A DNA stretch of 47,106 nt from an uncultured bacterium (GCA_965662845.1 CBFIJD010000024.1:1-47106), one strand, 5' to 3'. Counted from the stretch's first letter, positions 27,290 through 36,769 are shown. The notes: generated from the letters alone by a model not told the origin. Numbers and translations are program-made.

Positions 27290-28528
27290 TCAAAAGGAAG
27301 CCCCCACGCTCAGTTGCAACACGGTGGCTTCTCCGTCGTATTTCCCTTTGAGTTCCGGATTGCTACGGGTGGTACTCGGCAAGAAGTCGCTACTGAGCGC
27401 GGCAACGTCGAGCAACAGCCCATCTCGCTTATGCCCAAACCCCAAGTAGAGGCTGTTGCGTCCCGCGCCATCAGGCGTTGTGGGCCCTAGCGTTCTCGCG
27501 GGAATAGGGCTCGCGGTGCGGTAGTAGCCGGTGCGGATCTTCCAAGCATCCGTCACGCTATAGAAGCCGCCTATCTTGTAGTCGATCACATCTTCCCAGT
27601 CGCTGGAGATGACGGATTCGCTGCTTGGGAGCTGCTTGTTGTATTTGATGCGCACCTCCTCGTAGTTGCTCCAGCTCGCGTGCAGCATGCCGACTTCCAC
27701 CGCCCACGCGTCAGCCTGATAGCCATCCCCCTGATCAAAAGACTTCAGGGAGGCTCCGACTTCTAACAACGCGGGATAGTCCAGCTCCACCGAAATGTTT
27801 CCGTCGGGGAACTGGCTCGTATAGGCCGAAGCGACCCCGCTCGTGTCAAACTGGACCTTGCCGTCGCCTGGCACCGTAAAGTCAGAGTTGTATTGCAGCG
27901 CTGCCGCCCAGTTCCCCTGATCGTAGAGCACGGAGAAGTTATAGCCGCTCGTGCTGCCGGATCCTCCCAGCTTGGCGGGGATTCCTCCACCAGTGCTGAC
28001 TTCTCGCTCTAACTCCACCTGCGCAGAGATAAAGTTCACGCCTCCGCCAACGGAGAGGTCGCCAAAGCGGATGGCTCCCACAATCGGCTGGTTGAGTGTG
28101 CGCAGCTCGAGCCGAGTCAACACATCGCGACCGAACCAGTCGTCTGGCCAAGCAATGGACGAATTGAAGGGCAAATACAGCCCGGTTCCCACAGCCCAGT
28201 CTCCGGTGTTGTAGAGCCCATAGAGGTGCGGGGCGACGGGTGGATCGTGAGTTGTGCTCGCTTTGTTTCCGCCCTCTAAGTCTTCATAAGTATAGTCGGT
28301 TTCATAGCGAGCGAGCCCGCCATAAACGTGAGTCCCTTGCGCTAACTTCACCATCGCTGCGGGGTTTTGCGCGACCAGCCCCGCGTTGTCAAAAAAGGTA
28401 ATCCCACCTTGTCCTTGCGCCGTATAAGACGCCCCAGACTGCGGCGTGTTGAAGCCAGCGCCATGCGCCACGGTTCCCAGACCCACACCCGCGAGCGCCA
28501 AAACAAAGAGTCGAGTCAAGCGTTTCAT
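27290..28528 (-). CDS. FadL/OmpP1-family outer-membrane long-chain fatty-acid channel
   Basis: Start re-assigned to ATG 28528 (MKRLTRL..., signal peptide ending AHG-AGF); NPA motif, PFNSSIAW, PDG, terminal Phe. Confidence 0.85.
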   Translation of the reverse strand: MKRLTRLFVLALAGVGLGTVAHGAGFNTPQSGASYTAQGQGGITFFDNAGLVAQNPAAMVKLAQGTHVYGGLARYETDYTYEDLEGGNKASTTHDPPVAPHLYGLYNTGDWAVGTGLYLPFNSSIAWPDDWFGRDVLTRLELRTLNQPIVGAIRFGDLSVGGGVNFISAQVELEREVSTGGGIPAKLGGSGSTSGYNFSVLYDQGNWAAALQYNSDFTVPGDGKVQFDTSGVASAYTSQFPDGNISVELDYPALLEVGASLKSFDQGDGYQADAWAVEVGMLHASWSNYEEVRIKYNKQLPSSESVISSDWEDVIDYKIGGFYSVTDAWKIRTGYYRTASPIPARTLGPTTPDGAGRNSLYLGFGHKRDGLLLDVAALSSDFLPSTTRSNPELKGKYDGEATVLQLSVGASF

Positions 28529-28529
28529 G

Positions 28530-30746
28530 TCATTCTCCGGTGGTGTTGGTGCAGGTGATCGGATCAATCGTGCGGGACGGATCCAGGACGTTGCCCGTCG
28601 CCAAGAAGCACGCGACTTGAAGCTGGGCAGCTGCCGTCGCGCTGGTCTGCGCATCAAGCAGAAAGCCGTGACCGGCGGTTCCTGCGCTGCCGTCTGCCGT
28701 AAGGAAGTTGGCAGGGTCAAAGATCCAGCGGACACGGTTCACATCCGCTGCGGCGGTCTCGCCATCTTGGTACGTTGTGAGCCCCATCGCTTGCGAGAGC
28801 AGCTCCGAATTGCTGTTCGGTACGGTGGCGTCGCCAGTGATTTGCTGCAGCAGCACGGAGGTGTTATCCGTGCGATTTGCCGTGAACAGTGGGTCAATCT
28901 GGCCTGCGGCGAAAGCGTGAGACATCCCAAGCTCAACGCCGAGCATCGTGGAGTTGAGTGCGGCGACACCATCCGTAGTGGTCAGATCGTAGCTGTATGC
29001 GCTAGCGATCTGGGCAAGGAGAGCCGTCCCACCGAGATTCAGCGCGGTATCGGAGAGATCTCCACCTGTGGCGTTGAGCACAAAGCGATTTGCTGGGAAG
29101 TTGGGGCTGATCAGATTTGCGCCAATGAAGCCGCCGAGGGAATTCCCTACAATGTGGACGCTGTCAGCCGTGGGCTGAAATCCAAGTGCAGCGAACATCT
29201 CGGAGTTGGCTTGTAGCAGCAGAGCCAAGCGCAGAAAGTCGAGCTGTGTCTGAATGGCATATCCGACGGACAGAGATGGATTGTCGGGTCGAATGAGCAA
29301 CCTACCTGAGTCGGCGTACGCGGTAGCGACTGTGTTCTCCAGAGCGCCGTTTTGGTTCCCATCTTCGTAGGTGCGCTCACCGTGTCCCCAGATGTCCATC
29401 GCGACGGTAGCGATGTCAAAGCTTGCGAGCGTGTTGGCGATCGCAAAGGCGGTGGTCTTGTCGCGTGTGATGCCATGAACGAAGATGGCGACGGCTCGCG
29501 GACTCTCAGGGCGAGCGACCCAAAAGCCGAGTTTGCCCGTCATACCGCTGACGCTGTTTGGGCAGTCGCTGACGGGGGCGGCGGCTCGGTTGGCTAAGTC
29601 CAGCTCCCACTGTGGCGCAGTGTCGGTTCCTGTGTTGGCCAGAAAGTTCAGGCAGGGGAAGTAGCCTTTGTGGACATGTGTGAGCGCGGTTGTTGGGAGG
29701 CTGGTGACTCCTTGAGCAGAGAGCAAGGGCTCCAGCGCGTTCAGAAATTCGTCGCGGAGGTTGGCGTCTGCGAGGGAGACATTGTCCGTCGCAGGGGTAG
29801 CCTGCTCTAGCGTACTTGTGCTGTCCCAAAGGATGTCGGTTGCAGCCGCTGAGGAGGTGTCTGTGATCTCAGTTTGTGCCGCTGCCAAAGCCACCTGCGT
29901 TTGGGCGGCGACGGTCGGGTCAACCGCCTCTGTGCGGAAGGTGAACAGCTGCGCCAAATCGCGATAGGAGCCAAGGAAGGCGGACTCTCCTTGCGTCAAC
30001 CCCTGTGCGATCAAGTGGTATTGACTACGAACGTCGTCGAGCGCTGTGGCGGAGGCGAGCCCACCGTCGGCTTCGTCTTTGTAGAGTTCCCGAACTAAGG
30101 TGTTGACGATGCGTCCGTCTTCGACGATGGCATGCGGCCCCACGAGGATGTCCACGAGGATGTCCGCTTGCAGCGGCGCGCCGGTCGCGTCCTTCAGATC
30201 CGCTTTGATCGCCACGACATACGTCTGGTTGTCTGCGAAGGTGTTCGCGCTGGGGACCAACACCAAGTCATGATTGGCGTCTTGATACACCGCTTTGAAG
30301 GTCCCTGTGGCGCCGCCGATGCTGACCGCGTTGTTTGCTTGGTCGTGGGTTGGTAAGGGCCAGACGGGCGCGGTGGGGGCTGCGGTCGAAAAAATGAGGA
30401 CGTTCTGCAACAAAGCGGCGCCTGCCGTCGGGTTGAGGTTACCGTCCGCATCATACAAGTCAGCCAGCTCTCCACCGAACGGGATTCGGAGCGGCATGTT
30501 GGTGCTCACACCGGTCAGGGGGACCTCCAGCTGCTCATTCAGGGAACCCAGGATCAAATCATGTGGTAAGGGGGTGCGGCCCAGATCGGTGCTCAGCTGA
30601 GCGATCGTGCCCGAGGAATTTTCCTCATTGGCCGTGGTGGACGGCACAGGATCCTCCGCAGCGCTCTCAAGGATGGTTTCACCACAGGCGCTCAACCCCA
30701 GCGTGAGCAACAGGGCACATGTCCACAGACCAGTGCGTGACTTCAT
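28530..30746 (-). CDS. Lipoprotein alpha/beta-hydrolase (Pla-1/Cef/VolA-like extracellular lipase)
   Basis: Lipobox LSA-C; PLPHDL N-terminal motif; IFVHGIT, AMDIWGHGER, nucleophile GNSLGG, GDATVPN, GHGFLL. Confidence 0.82.
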   Translation of the reverse strand: MKSRTGLWTCALLLTLGLSACGETILESAAEDPVPSTTANEENSSGTIAQLSTDLGRTPLPHDLILGSLNEQLEVPLTGVSTNMPLRIPFGGELADLYDADGNLNPTAGAALLQNVLIFSTAAPTAPVWPLPTHDQANNAVSIGGATGTFKAVYQDANHDLVLVPSANTFADNQTYVVAIKADLKDATGAPLQADILVDILVGPHAIVEDGRIVNTLVRELYKDEADGGLASATALDDVRSQYHLIAQGLTQGESAFLGSYRDLAQLFTFRTEAVDPTVAAQTQVALAAAQTEITDTSSAAATDILWDSTSTLEQATPATDNVSLADANLRDEFLNALEPLLSAQGVTSLPTTALTHVHKGYFPCLNFLANTGTDTAPQWELDLANRAAAPVSDCPNSVSGMTGKLGFWVARPESPRAVAIFVHGITRDKTTAFAIANTLASFDIATVAMDIWGHGERTYEDGNQNGALENTVATAYADSGRLLIRPDNPSLSVGYAIQTQLDFLRLALLLQANSEMFAALGFQPTADSVHIVGNSLGGFIGANLISPNFPANRFVLNATGGDLSDTALNLGGTALLAQIASAYSYDLTTTDGVAALNSTMLGVELGMSHAFAAGQIDPLFTANRTDNTSVLLQQITGDATVPNSNSELLSQAMGLTTYQDGETAAADVNRVRWIFDPANFLTADGSAGTAGHGFLLDAQTSATAAAQLQVACFLATGNVLDPSRTIDPITCTNTTGE

Positions 30747-30903
30747 AGCGTTCTCCCAAGAAGGGTCATTAGCAGATCAGAGGGGGCGCGTAGCAGACGT
30801 CGGAAGACGTGCAAAGAAGGGACAGGAGATTCGGCGAGTGTGTTGATTTTGTCAAACTTTTTCCCTTGCTTTTGGCACACAACCGTAACATGCAACAGAG
30901 GGA

Positions 30904-31098
30904 TCAGTTGGGAAAGCTTGGCGAGGAGGGGCTGACTCGATCAAAGAGCGTCTCCTTGTCAGGGAGAGCCGGTTTGTATTTCACCAAGAAGAGCGGTCTA
31001 GGGTTCATCAGCGTGCGCAAAGAATCATATACTCTCAGGACTTCTTGGGCGCGGTGCCGAGGGCGCTCTCTTTTAGTTGTCCCAAAGCTGTTCCGCAT
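30904..31098 (-). CDS. Possible small hypothetical protein (64 aa)
   Basis: ATG 31098 open frame filling a 500-bp gap; no recognisable motif or clear RBS. Confidence 0.25.
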   Translation of the reverse strand: MRNSFGTTKRERPRHRAQEVLRVYDSLRTLMNPRPLFLVKYKPALPDKETLFDRVSPSSPSFPN

Positions 31099-31144
31099 AC
31101 TGTTTACAAGGGGGAGGTCGACCATTTTTTGCAGACTTCTCACA

Positions 31145-31178
31145 TTGACACTTAGCACTAGCTTAATTAGAGTGCTAA
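31145..31178 (+). promoter_or_regulatory. CIRCE element (HrcA operator) overlapping a sigma70-type promoter
   Basis: TTAGCACTA-N9-GAGTGCTAA at 31152-31178 (1 mismatch to TTAGCACTC-N9-GAGTGCTAA); TTGACA at 31145-31150, N17, TAGAGT. Confidence 0.88.
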
Positions 31179-31245
31179 TAACGTTTAGGGGGCGGTGAAA
31201 CACTCGTCGCAACAACAGTAACCACGACGCATCTGAGGAGTAGCG

Positions 31246-31605
31246 ATGCCAATTTATGAGTATGTGTGTCACGCGTGTGACAAGGAGTTTGAAGAGATGC
31301 AGAAGTTCAGCGATGATCCTCTCACCGACTGCAACGAGTGCGGTGCCCAGGGTCAGGTGGAGCGTAAGGTTTCACGGAGCGCCTTTCACCTAAAAGGGGG
31401 CGGCTGGTACAAAGACGGTTACGGCTCCAGCAAAGCGGAGACCTCAGAGGCCAAGAGTGAAACGAAGCCAAAGGCTGCCGACTCTAACAGCTCATCCACA
31501 TCCAGCGAGACCTCAGCCGCGCCTGCCCCCAGCACCACGAGCACAGAACCCAAGAAGGAACCTGCGAAAAGCACCGCGAGCACCTCGAACAACTCTGCTG
31601 CTTGA
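31246..31605 (+). CDS. FmdB-family zinc-ribbon protein with S/T/A/K-rich tail
   Basis: MPIYEYVCHAC...CNECG...SAFHLKGGGWYKDGY; GAGGAG RBS. Confidence 0.92.
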   Translation: MPIYEYVCHACDKEFEEMQKFSDDPLTDCNECGAQGQVERKVSRSAFHLKGGGWYKDGYGSSKAETSEAKSETKPKAADSNSSSTSSETSAAPAPSTTSTEPKKEPAKSTASTSNNSAA

Positions 31606-31674
31606 CCTGACTTGATTCTTCACTCGCATCCACTCATGTTGTTCCGTTTTTCTGCAACCTGAGTGGATCCCGCC

Positions 31675-32352
31675 ATGTCTGTCGTCTTCCGTCAAATTGC
31701 CACCCTCATTTGGAAAGATCTGCTCATCGACCTCCGCCGCAAGGAGAATTTCCTGTCGATGCTGATGTTCTCCACACTGACGCTGCTCCTCTTTCAATTC
31801 GCGATGGGCGACAATCAGCGCACCTTCCTGTTTGCTTTGCCGGGGATCATCTGGGTGGTGTTTCTGCTGACAGGTGTGCTCAGCATCACCAAGTCGATTC
31901 AAATCGAGATGGAAGATGGCTGCATGGAAGGCTTACTGCTGCTTCCGATAGATCGCACGGTGTTGTTTTTGGGGAAAATGCTCGCAAACTCGCTCTTCCT
32001 GATCCTTTCACAAAGCATCTTCCTCGCGCTCTGTTTTCTGTTTTTCCCACTACGCTTAGAAAACTGGGGGATGGTGCCCGGTTTATTGTTGGCAGCGACG
32101 CTAGGATTTAGCTCGATTGGGACGCTGCTCGCGGCGATGACGGCGACCTTGCGGGGGCGGGAGGTGCTCGTGCCCGTGCTGCTGTTCCCGCTGATGGTGC
32201 CCGCGCTCTTGAGCTTGGTCAATCTCACCAACTACGCGTTTTTCGGTTTCAACGCAGAGCAGACAGCGTCGTGGTGGCGGTTGCTGCTGGGATTGGACGT
32301 GCTCTTTCTGGTGACGTCTGGGCTGGCTTTCGAGTTTGTGCTGGAAGACTGA
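31675..32352 (+). CDS. ccmB: Heme exporter protein B
   Basis: WKDLLIDLR, PGIIWV, EDGCMEGL, FLGK, REVLVPVLLFPLMVP; six TMs. Confidence 0.85.
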   Translation: MSVVFRQIATLIWKDLLIDLRRKENFLSMLMFSTLTLLLFQFAMGDNQRTFLFALPGIIWVVFLLTGVLSITKSIQIEMEDGCMEGLLLLPIDRTVLFLGKMLANSLFLILSQSIFLALCFLFFPLRLENWGMVPGLLLAATLGFSSIGTLLAAMTATLRGREVLVPVLLFPLMVPALLSLVNLTNYAFFGFNAEQTASWWRLLLGLDVLFLVTSGLAFEFVLED

Positions 32353-32416
32353 TGGCGAGCGGCAGGAGAGGAGGAGGCTGCGTGAGAGGGGCGCAACCCC
32401 CAAAAAAACAGAGGCG

Positions 32417-33136
32417 TTATTCGGCGAGATCGCTGAGGCGTCCAGCCAGACCGGCGTTGTCGTTGCCCACTAGAGGCGCGAGCCGCTCCAGACGCTCGCG
32501 GACAAGGCTGCTCGACTGTTGTCGACGAATCTTGATTTCGGGGTTCACGAGCTTGGTCGCTGAGACCAAGTTTTCACCACTTACATCAGCAGGGCGCAGG
32601 ATGCCTCGGACGGTGGTGATGTAGCGGACTTGGTTGCGTTGACGATAGTCGACTTTTTGTCCTGTCACGAGCATGTTTCCGTCCGGATACACCCGCACCA
32701 CGCGCGCAGAGATTGTGCTGAGCGCGCGGAGGATCTCGTTCTGCTCTTCTTCAATTTGGTCCCGCATTGTCGCTGCTTCCAACGCCAAGGAGACGGCCTG
32801 CACGTCGTTCTGGGGAGCTTGTGGCGCCGCCTCAGCGGGGTCTCGTGGAGCTGGCGCGTTGCTGATCAGCTCTAATTCCTGAATCGTTAACAAATCGCCT
32901 CGATAGCGAGCGCGGTGGTCACGGAAGAGGTTCCCGAAAGAGGCCTCGCTACGCCACAGCGAGCCTTCCAGCGCGTTGCGGCTTGTGTTGATGGCAGGCT
33001 GACGGTTGCGACGCACATCGTCGTTCCGCGCCACTTGACGCTGAGGCTGAGGCTGTGGAGCTGGCGTCGTTTCCAGCGCGGAGCAGCCGACCATCACGAG
33101 AAGCAGGCCGATGACCAGCAAGCGTTGAAGCAACAT
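32417..33136 (-). CDS. flgH: Flagellar L-ring protein FlgH (divergent)
   Basis: Lipobox MVG-C; GSLW...LFRDHRARYRGDLLTI; ISARVVRVYPDGNMLVTGQK; GILRPADV; follows flgA; start re-assigned to ATG 33136. Confidence 0.8.
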   Translation of the reverse strand: MLLQRLLVIGLLLVMVGCSALETTPAPQPQPQRQVARNDDVRRNRQPAINTSRNALEGSLWRSEASFGNLFRDHRARYRGDLLTIQELELISNAPAPRDPAEAAPQAPQNDVQAVSLALEAATMRDQIEEEQNEILRALSTISARVVRVYPDGNMLVTGQKVDYRQRNQVRYITTVRGILRPADVSGENLVSATKLVNPEIKIRRQQSSSLVRERLERLAPLVGNDNAGLAGRLSDLAE

Positions 33137-33143
33137 AGACGTC

Positions 33144-34121
33144 CTATTGAACCTGAACAGTGTTTTCATCTTGGATGACAGCATAAACTACGACTTTGCT
33201 GTCGGCGTTTCGCACCGGAATTTTTTCGCCCAAGCGACCGATGGACATCGAGATGCCAGGAGCCGTGAGGCGCAAGTTGGGAGTGTCGTAAATGATGGTA
33301 ATGCGGTCTCCTGACCTCACCACAGGAGGCGTGACGACCGACTGGTCTGCGATTACTTCTTTGGGGTTGATGGTGCGAGTCGCGACCTTGCCCACTAAAG
33401 TCTGAGGGTCGGTGACGTAATCCCCGGTGGCGCGATCCACGTTCCGTCGCACTTTCATCAAATCCGCTTCCTCAATCACTTTGTCGCGACGGATCGTGTC
33501 TCGCGCGACATACACTTCTTTGTACAGTTTCAGATAAGTGCGCACCGTAACTTTGCGCTCCAACTCTCCGTTGACGCGAAAGTTGACCTGATAGTTGCGA
33601 TAGCCCCCCTCTTTTTTATAGGTCCCCATCTCTGTGATGTCGTAGCTCAGCTCGCCGCGAGGCAAGAAAACGTCCCGGATTTGCGCCAGAATGCGAGGCT
33701 GGACGTCTTGATCGGGGTATTGCTCTTCGATGTGCGCTAAGACGGCTTCTTCCACATCTTTGCCCTGAATTTTCAGAGCAGCCCGATGAATCTGCGTGAC
33801 ATCGTTCCCCACGAAGTCAAGCTTCTCTACGTCCACGCGATGAAACCGCAGGCGCGACAAGAGCAGCGAGCGGGTCACCGTCAGGTTCCGTCCGGGGAGG
33901 GGAGAGCGGCCCATCGCCAATTGAGAGATCCGCTCGCTAGCGTTGAAGTCTGCGCTTTCAATCTGCGCGATTTCTCCCAGCGTATACTCGTCGTTCGGCA
34001 CCGTTGCGCTTTCGGCCATCGAGATGCGGATTTTGTCAGGATCTTCTTGAAGGAGAGCGTCTGCTCCCCACAGCGGCGACGCTAGTAGGAGCAGGCCCCC
34101 CAGCAGGGGCAACCATTTCAT
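33144..34121 (-). CDS. flgA: Flagellar P-ring chaperone FlgA
   Basis: Signal peptide, TLGEIAQI, SAF domain, VVRSGDRI...G..GEKIPVRNADSKVVV; position after flgG. Confidence 0.9.
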   Translation of the reverse strand: MKWLPLLGGLLLLASPLWGADALLQEDPDKIRISMAESATVPNDEYTLGEIAQIESADFNASERISQLAMGRSPLPGRNLTVTRSLLLSRLRFHRVDVEKLDFVGNDVTQIHRAALKIQGKDVEEAVLAHIEEQYPDQDVQPRILAQIRDVFLPRGELSYDITEMGTYKKEGGYRNYQVNFRVNGELERKVTVRTYLKLYKEVYVARDTIRRDKVIEEADLMKVRRNVDRATGDYVTDPQTLVGKVATRTINPKEVIADQSVVTPPVVRSGDRITIIYDTPNLRLTAPGISMSIGRLGEKIPVRNADSKVVVYAVIQDENTVQVQ

Positions 34122-34136
34122 GAGGCAGGAGAATCC

Positions 34137-34925
34137 TTAGCGGATGATGTTGTTGGCGGTCTTGAGCATGTCGTCAGAGGACTGCATGGCCTTCGAGTTG
34201 ACTTCGTACGCACGCTGCGCGGTGATCATGTTGACCATCTCTTCTACGAGAGAGACGTTGGAGCCTTCCAAGAAGCCTTGGTTCAACCCACCCATGCCGT
34301 TGGAAGCCGGCGCGTCTACGATTGGATTGCCAGAGGCGGGGGTAGAGACGTAGAGGTTCTTGCCAATCGGAGTCAGGCCGGCGGGGTTTTGAAAGCGAGC
34401 GAGCTGGATGCTCCCGATTGCCTCAGGTTGCGTCTCGTCGCGCAGGAACACGGAGACGGTCCCGTCGTTGCTGATCTCGATCTTGCGGGTGTCGATGGGG
34501 ATGTTGATCTCGGGGTCAATGAGCATTCCGTCGTTGGTGACGAGGCGTCCTTGCCCGTCGATGTTGAAGTGGCCATCGCGGGTGTAGGCGATGATCCCGT
34601 TGGGCTGCAAAATTTGGAAGAAGCCGGCGCCGTCAATGCTCATGTCAAGGTCATTCCCTGTGTTCTGCAAGGAGCCCTGCATGTGCACCTTCTCGGTGGA
34701 GATTTGCTTCACCCCGTGCCCCACGTGAATGCCCACAGGGACTTGAGTTGAAATCGAGGAGGCGACCCCTGCGTTGCGCTCGTTGTGATATAGCAAGTCT
34801 TGGAAGTGAACGCGGCTCTTCTTGAAGCCGGTGGTGTTCACATTCGCGAGGTTGTTGGAGGTGGTGTCAATGTTTCGTTGCTGCGCGCCCATGCCGGTCG
34901 CTGCAGTGTAAAGAGAGCGCATCAT
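34137..34925 (-). CDS. flgG: Flagellar distal rod protein FlgG
   Basis: MRSLYTAATGM, SNNLANVNTTGFKKSRVHFQDLLY, YTRDGHF, LEGSNV, QRAYEVNSK. Confidence 0.96.
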   Translation of the reverse strand: MMRSLYTAATGMGAQQRNIDTTSNNLANVNTTGFKKSRVHFQDLLYHNERNAGVASSISTQVPVGIHVGHGVKQISTEKVHMQGSLQNTGNDLDMSIDGAGFFQILQPNGIIAYTRDGHFNIDGQGRLVTNDGMLIDPEINIPIDTRKIEISNDGTVSVFLRDETQPEAIGSIQLARFQNPAGLTPIGKNLYVSTPASGNPIVDAPASNGMGGLNQGFLEGSNVSLVEEMVNMITAQRAYEVNSKAMQSSDDMLKTANNIIR

Positions 34926-34950
34926 AAGGCGAATACTCGTTTAGGTTAGG

Positions 34951-35730
34951 TTAGCCTCGTCCGACACGAGCGAGGCTGATGGCCTTCTCGTTCATCTTGT
35001 CGATGCTAGTCAGAGACTTGTGGATTGATTCGTAGGTGCGGTTGGCCGTGATCATTCTGGTCATCTCTTGCACCGTGTTGACATTCGAGCCTTCCAAAGA
35101 GCCCTGCTGCACGGTCACTTCCTCCGATGGAATCGGCACGTCGTCACTGCTGAGGGGGGCATAGAACGAGTTCCCCAACTTTTGTAGGTTGTCTTGATTG
35201 CGGAAGCGCACGGTCAGCAGCCGGTCGATGATGTTGCCGTCCACTTGCACTCGCCCGCGATCGTCCACCAAAATCTCTTGGCCAATGGCCTTGATCGGGC
35301 CGTTCTCCCCGAGGACGGGGTAATTGTCTTGTGTCACGATCACACCTTCTGGGTTCAGCTGAAAGCTGCCATTCCGCGTGAAGCGTTGTCCCCAAGGCGT
35401 TTGCACCGAGAAGAAGCCCTCGTTGTTCAACGCCAGATCTAAGGCGTTGCCGGTGTAGTTCATTGGGCCCGGCGAGAAATTTTTTCCAATTTCGTCCACC
35501 GTCACGGCAGATTTCTCCATGCCCACATATTGATCCAAATATTCGTGCGACAGGAACTGCTCTTCGGGCGATTCCGGCAGAACTTGCTGGGCTTGGGAGA
35601 GCACTTCACGGAAGGCGGGTTGGTCTTGTTTGAAGCCGGCGGTGTTCACGTTGGCTAGGTTGTTCGTCAGCGTGTCCATCTTGCGTTCCATGACGCCAGC
35701 GGCTTTGACGAGGGGATAGATTCCACTCAT
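34951..35730 (-). CDS. flgF: Flagellar proximal rod protein FlgF
   Basis: NNLANVNTAGFK, TGNALDLAL, FTRNGSF, LEGSNVN; directly upstream of flgG; start ATG 35730. Confidence 0.9.
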   Translation of the reverse strand: MSGIYPLVKAAGVMERKMDTLTNNLANVNTAGFKQDQPAFREVLSQAQQVLPESPEEQFLSHEYLDQYVGMEKSAVTVDEIGKNFSPGPMNYTGNALDLALNNEGFFSVQTPWGQRFTRNGSFQLNPEGVIVTQDNYPVLGENGPIKAIGQEILVDDRGRVQVDGNIIDRLLTVRFRNQDNLQKLGNSFYAPLSSDDVPIPSEEVTVQQGSLEGSNVNTVQEMTRMITANRTYESIHKSLTSIDKMNEKAISLARVGRG

Positions 35731-35795
35731 AACGACATCTCTGTGACATTCGGTTGCAGGAAACGGCGAATCGCTCCACATTCAAGCCTTATACC

Positions 35796-35811
35796 AGCAA
35801 GGAGCGGGCCG
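35796..35811 (-). promoter_or_regulatory. Sigma54 -24/-12 promoter of the flgFGAH operon
   Basis: Minus strand CGGCCCGCTCCTTGCT (GG-N10-GC), ~65 bp upstream of the flgF ATG. Confidence 0.7.
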
Positions 35812-35934
35812 GATCTCAGTTGACGCCCGCGCGGAAAAGGACTGGCAATCCGGCTGCGTTGCGCGCTATCCTCGCGCCTTCACCCCACGGTCTCGCCCCA
35901 GAGACCGCCCCTGAACCGCTGATTTTGGGATCTT

Positions 35935-36711
35935 ATGCGACTGCGACGCTTCCTCTTAGCTCACCCCAGCCTAACGATTCGCGCGATTGTGAAGCAGTAT
36001 ATTCTGTCTGAGTTCACAGACGTGGCCATTACCGTCGCCAGCGACGCGCACGAGGCCTTGCAGCTCCTGCGGCAACAAGAGTTTGACTTGGTGCTCACAG
36101 CGGGGAAGTTCCCTGACTTCACCGGCCCCCAGCTCATTGCCGAGGGGCTAGCCAACGCGGCGGAACGTCGCTCTTCGGTGCTCGTGATTACGAGCGAAGC
36201 CGCAGAGGGAGGCTCGCGCGCCTTTCACGCGGTTGGGGTGAGCCACTTCCTCACGCCCCCTTTCAGCAAAGAAGAATTGTGTCAAAAATTGCATCAGATG
36301 CTCAATCCACGGGCGTTGCGCGTGCATGGACGCTTTTACACCCCGCAGACGCAGGTGCTCTTTCACATTCCTGACGCCGCAGAAGCCCTCCCTGCCGATT
36401 TGATCAACCTCAGCTTGGGCGGCTTCTTCTGTGAGATGCCCTTTCGTGTGCCCCCGCGCGAGTTCTATGAAGAGGTGATCGCCTCGATTCACGTGAGCCT
36501 AGACGCACATCAGTGGCAGATTGACGACCTCAGCTGCCGTCTGGCTCGGTTGCAGCTGATGGCCGGCCCGGGCACCTCCTTGCAGGAATATCTACGACTC
36601 ACGTTTCAGATGAGCGATCTCTCCCAGGCGCAGCGCACCCGCTTGCAAGACGCCTTACGCTTTTTTGAGAACCAAACTTCGGACTTAGAGCAGCAGCTGC
36701 GCACTGCTTGA
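35935..36711 (+). CDS. Pseudo-receiver + PilZ domain protein
   Basis: Receiver fold with acidic pocket, phospho-Asp and Lys replaced (LLAHPS, DLVLTA, LTPPF); PilZ motifs RVHGR and NLSLGG. Confidence 0.8.
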   Translation: MRLRRFLLAHPSLTIRAIVKQYILSEFTDVAITVASDAHEALQLLRQQEFDLVLTAGKFPDFTGPQLIAEGLANAAERRSSVLVITSEAAEGGSRAFHAVGVSHFLTPPFSKEELCQKLHQMLNPRALRVHGRFYTPQTQVLFHIPDAAEALPADLINLSLGGFFCEMPFRVPPREFYEEVIASIHVSLDAHQWQIDDLSCRLARLQLMAGPGTSLQEYLRLTFQMSDLSQAQRTRLQDALRFFENQTSDLEQQLRTA

Positions 36712-36769
36712 TCCCTACCGCAGCGCCTCACCCCTGACGCTGCAGGTTTTGCCTCTCCCTGACAACGCC

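Noticed and set aside
30873..30888. Sigma54 promoter at TGGCACACAACCGTAA
   Set aside because: Lacks the -12 GC at the required GG-N10-GC spacing (same for TGGCACAAGTTATCG at 8263)
32388..32408. Intrinsic terminator between ccmB and flgH (GGGGCGCAACCCC + A-run)
   Set aside because: The A-run lies on the wrong side to give a 3' U-tract on either strand, and the stem is short
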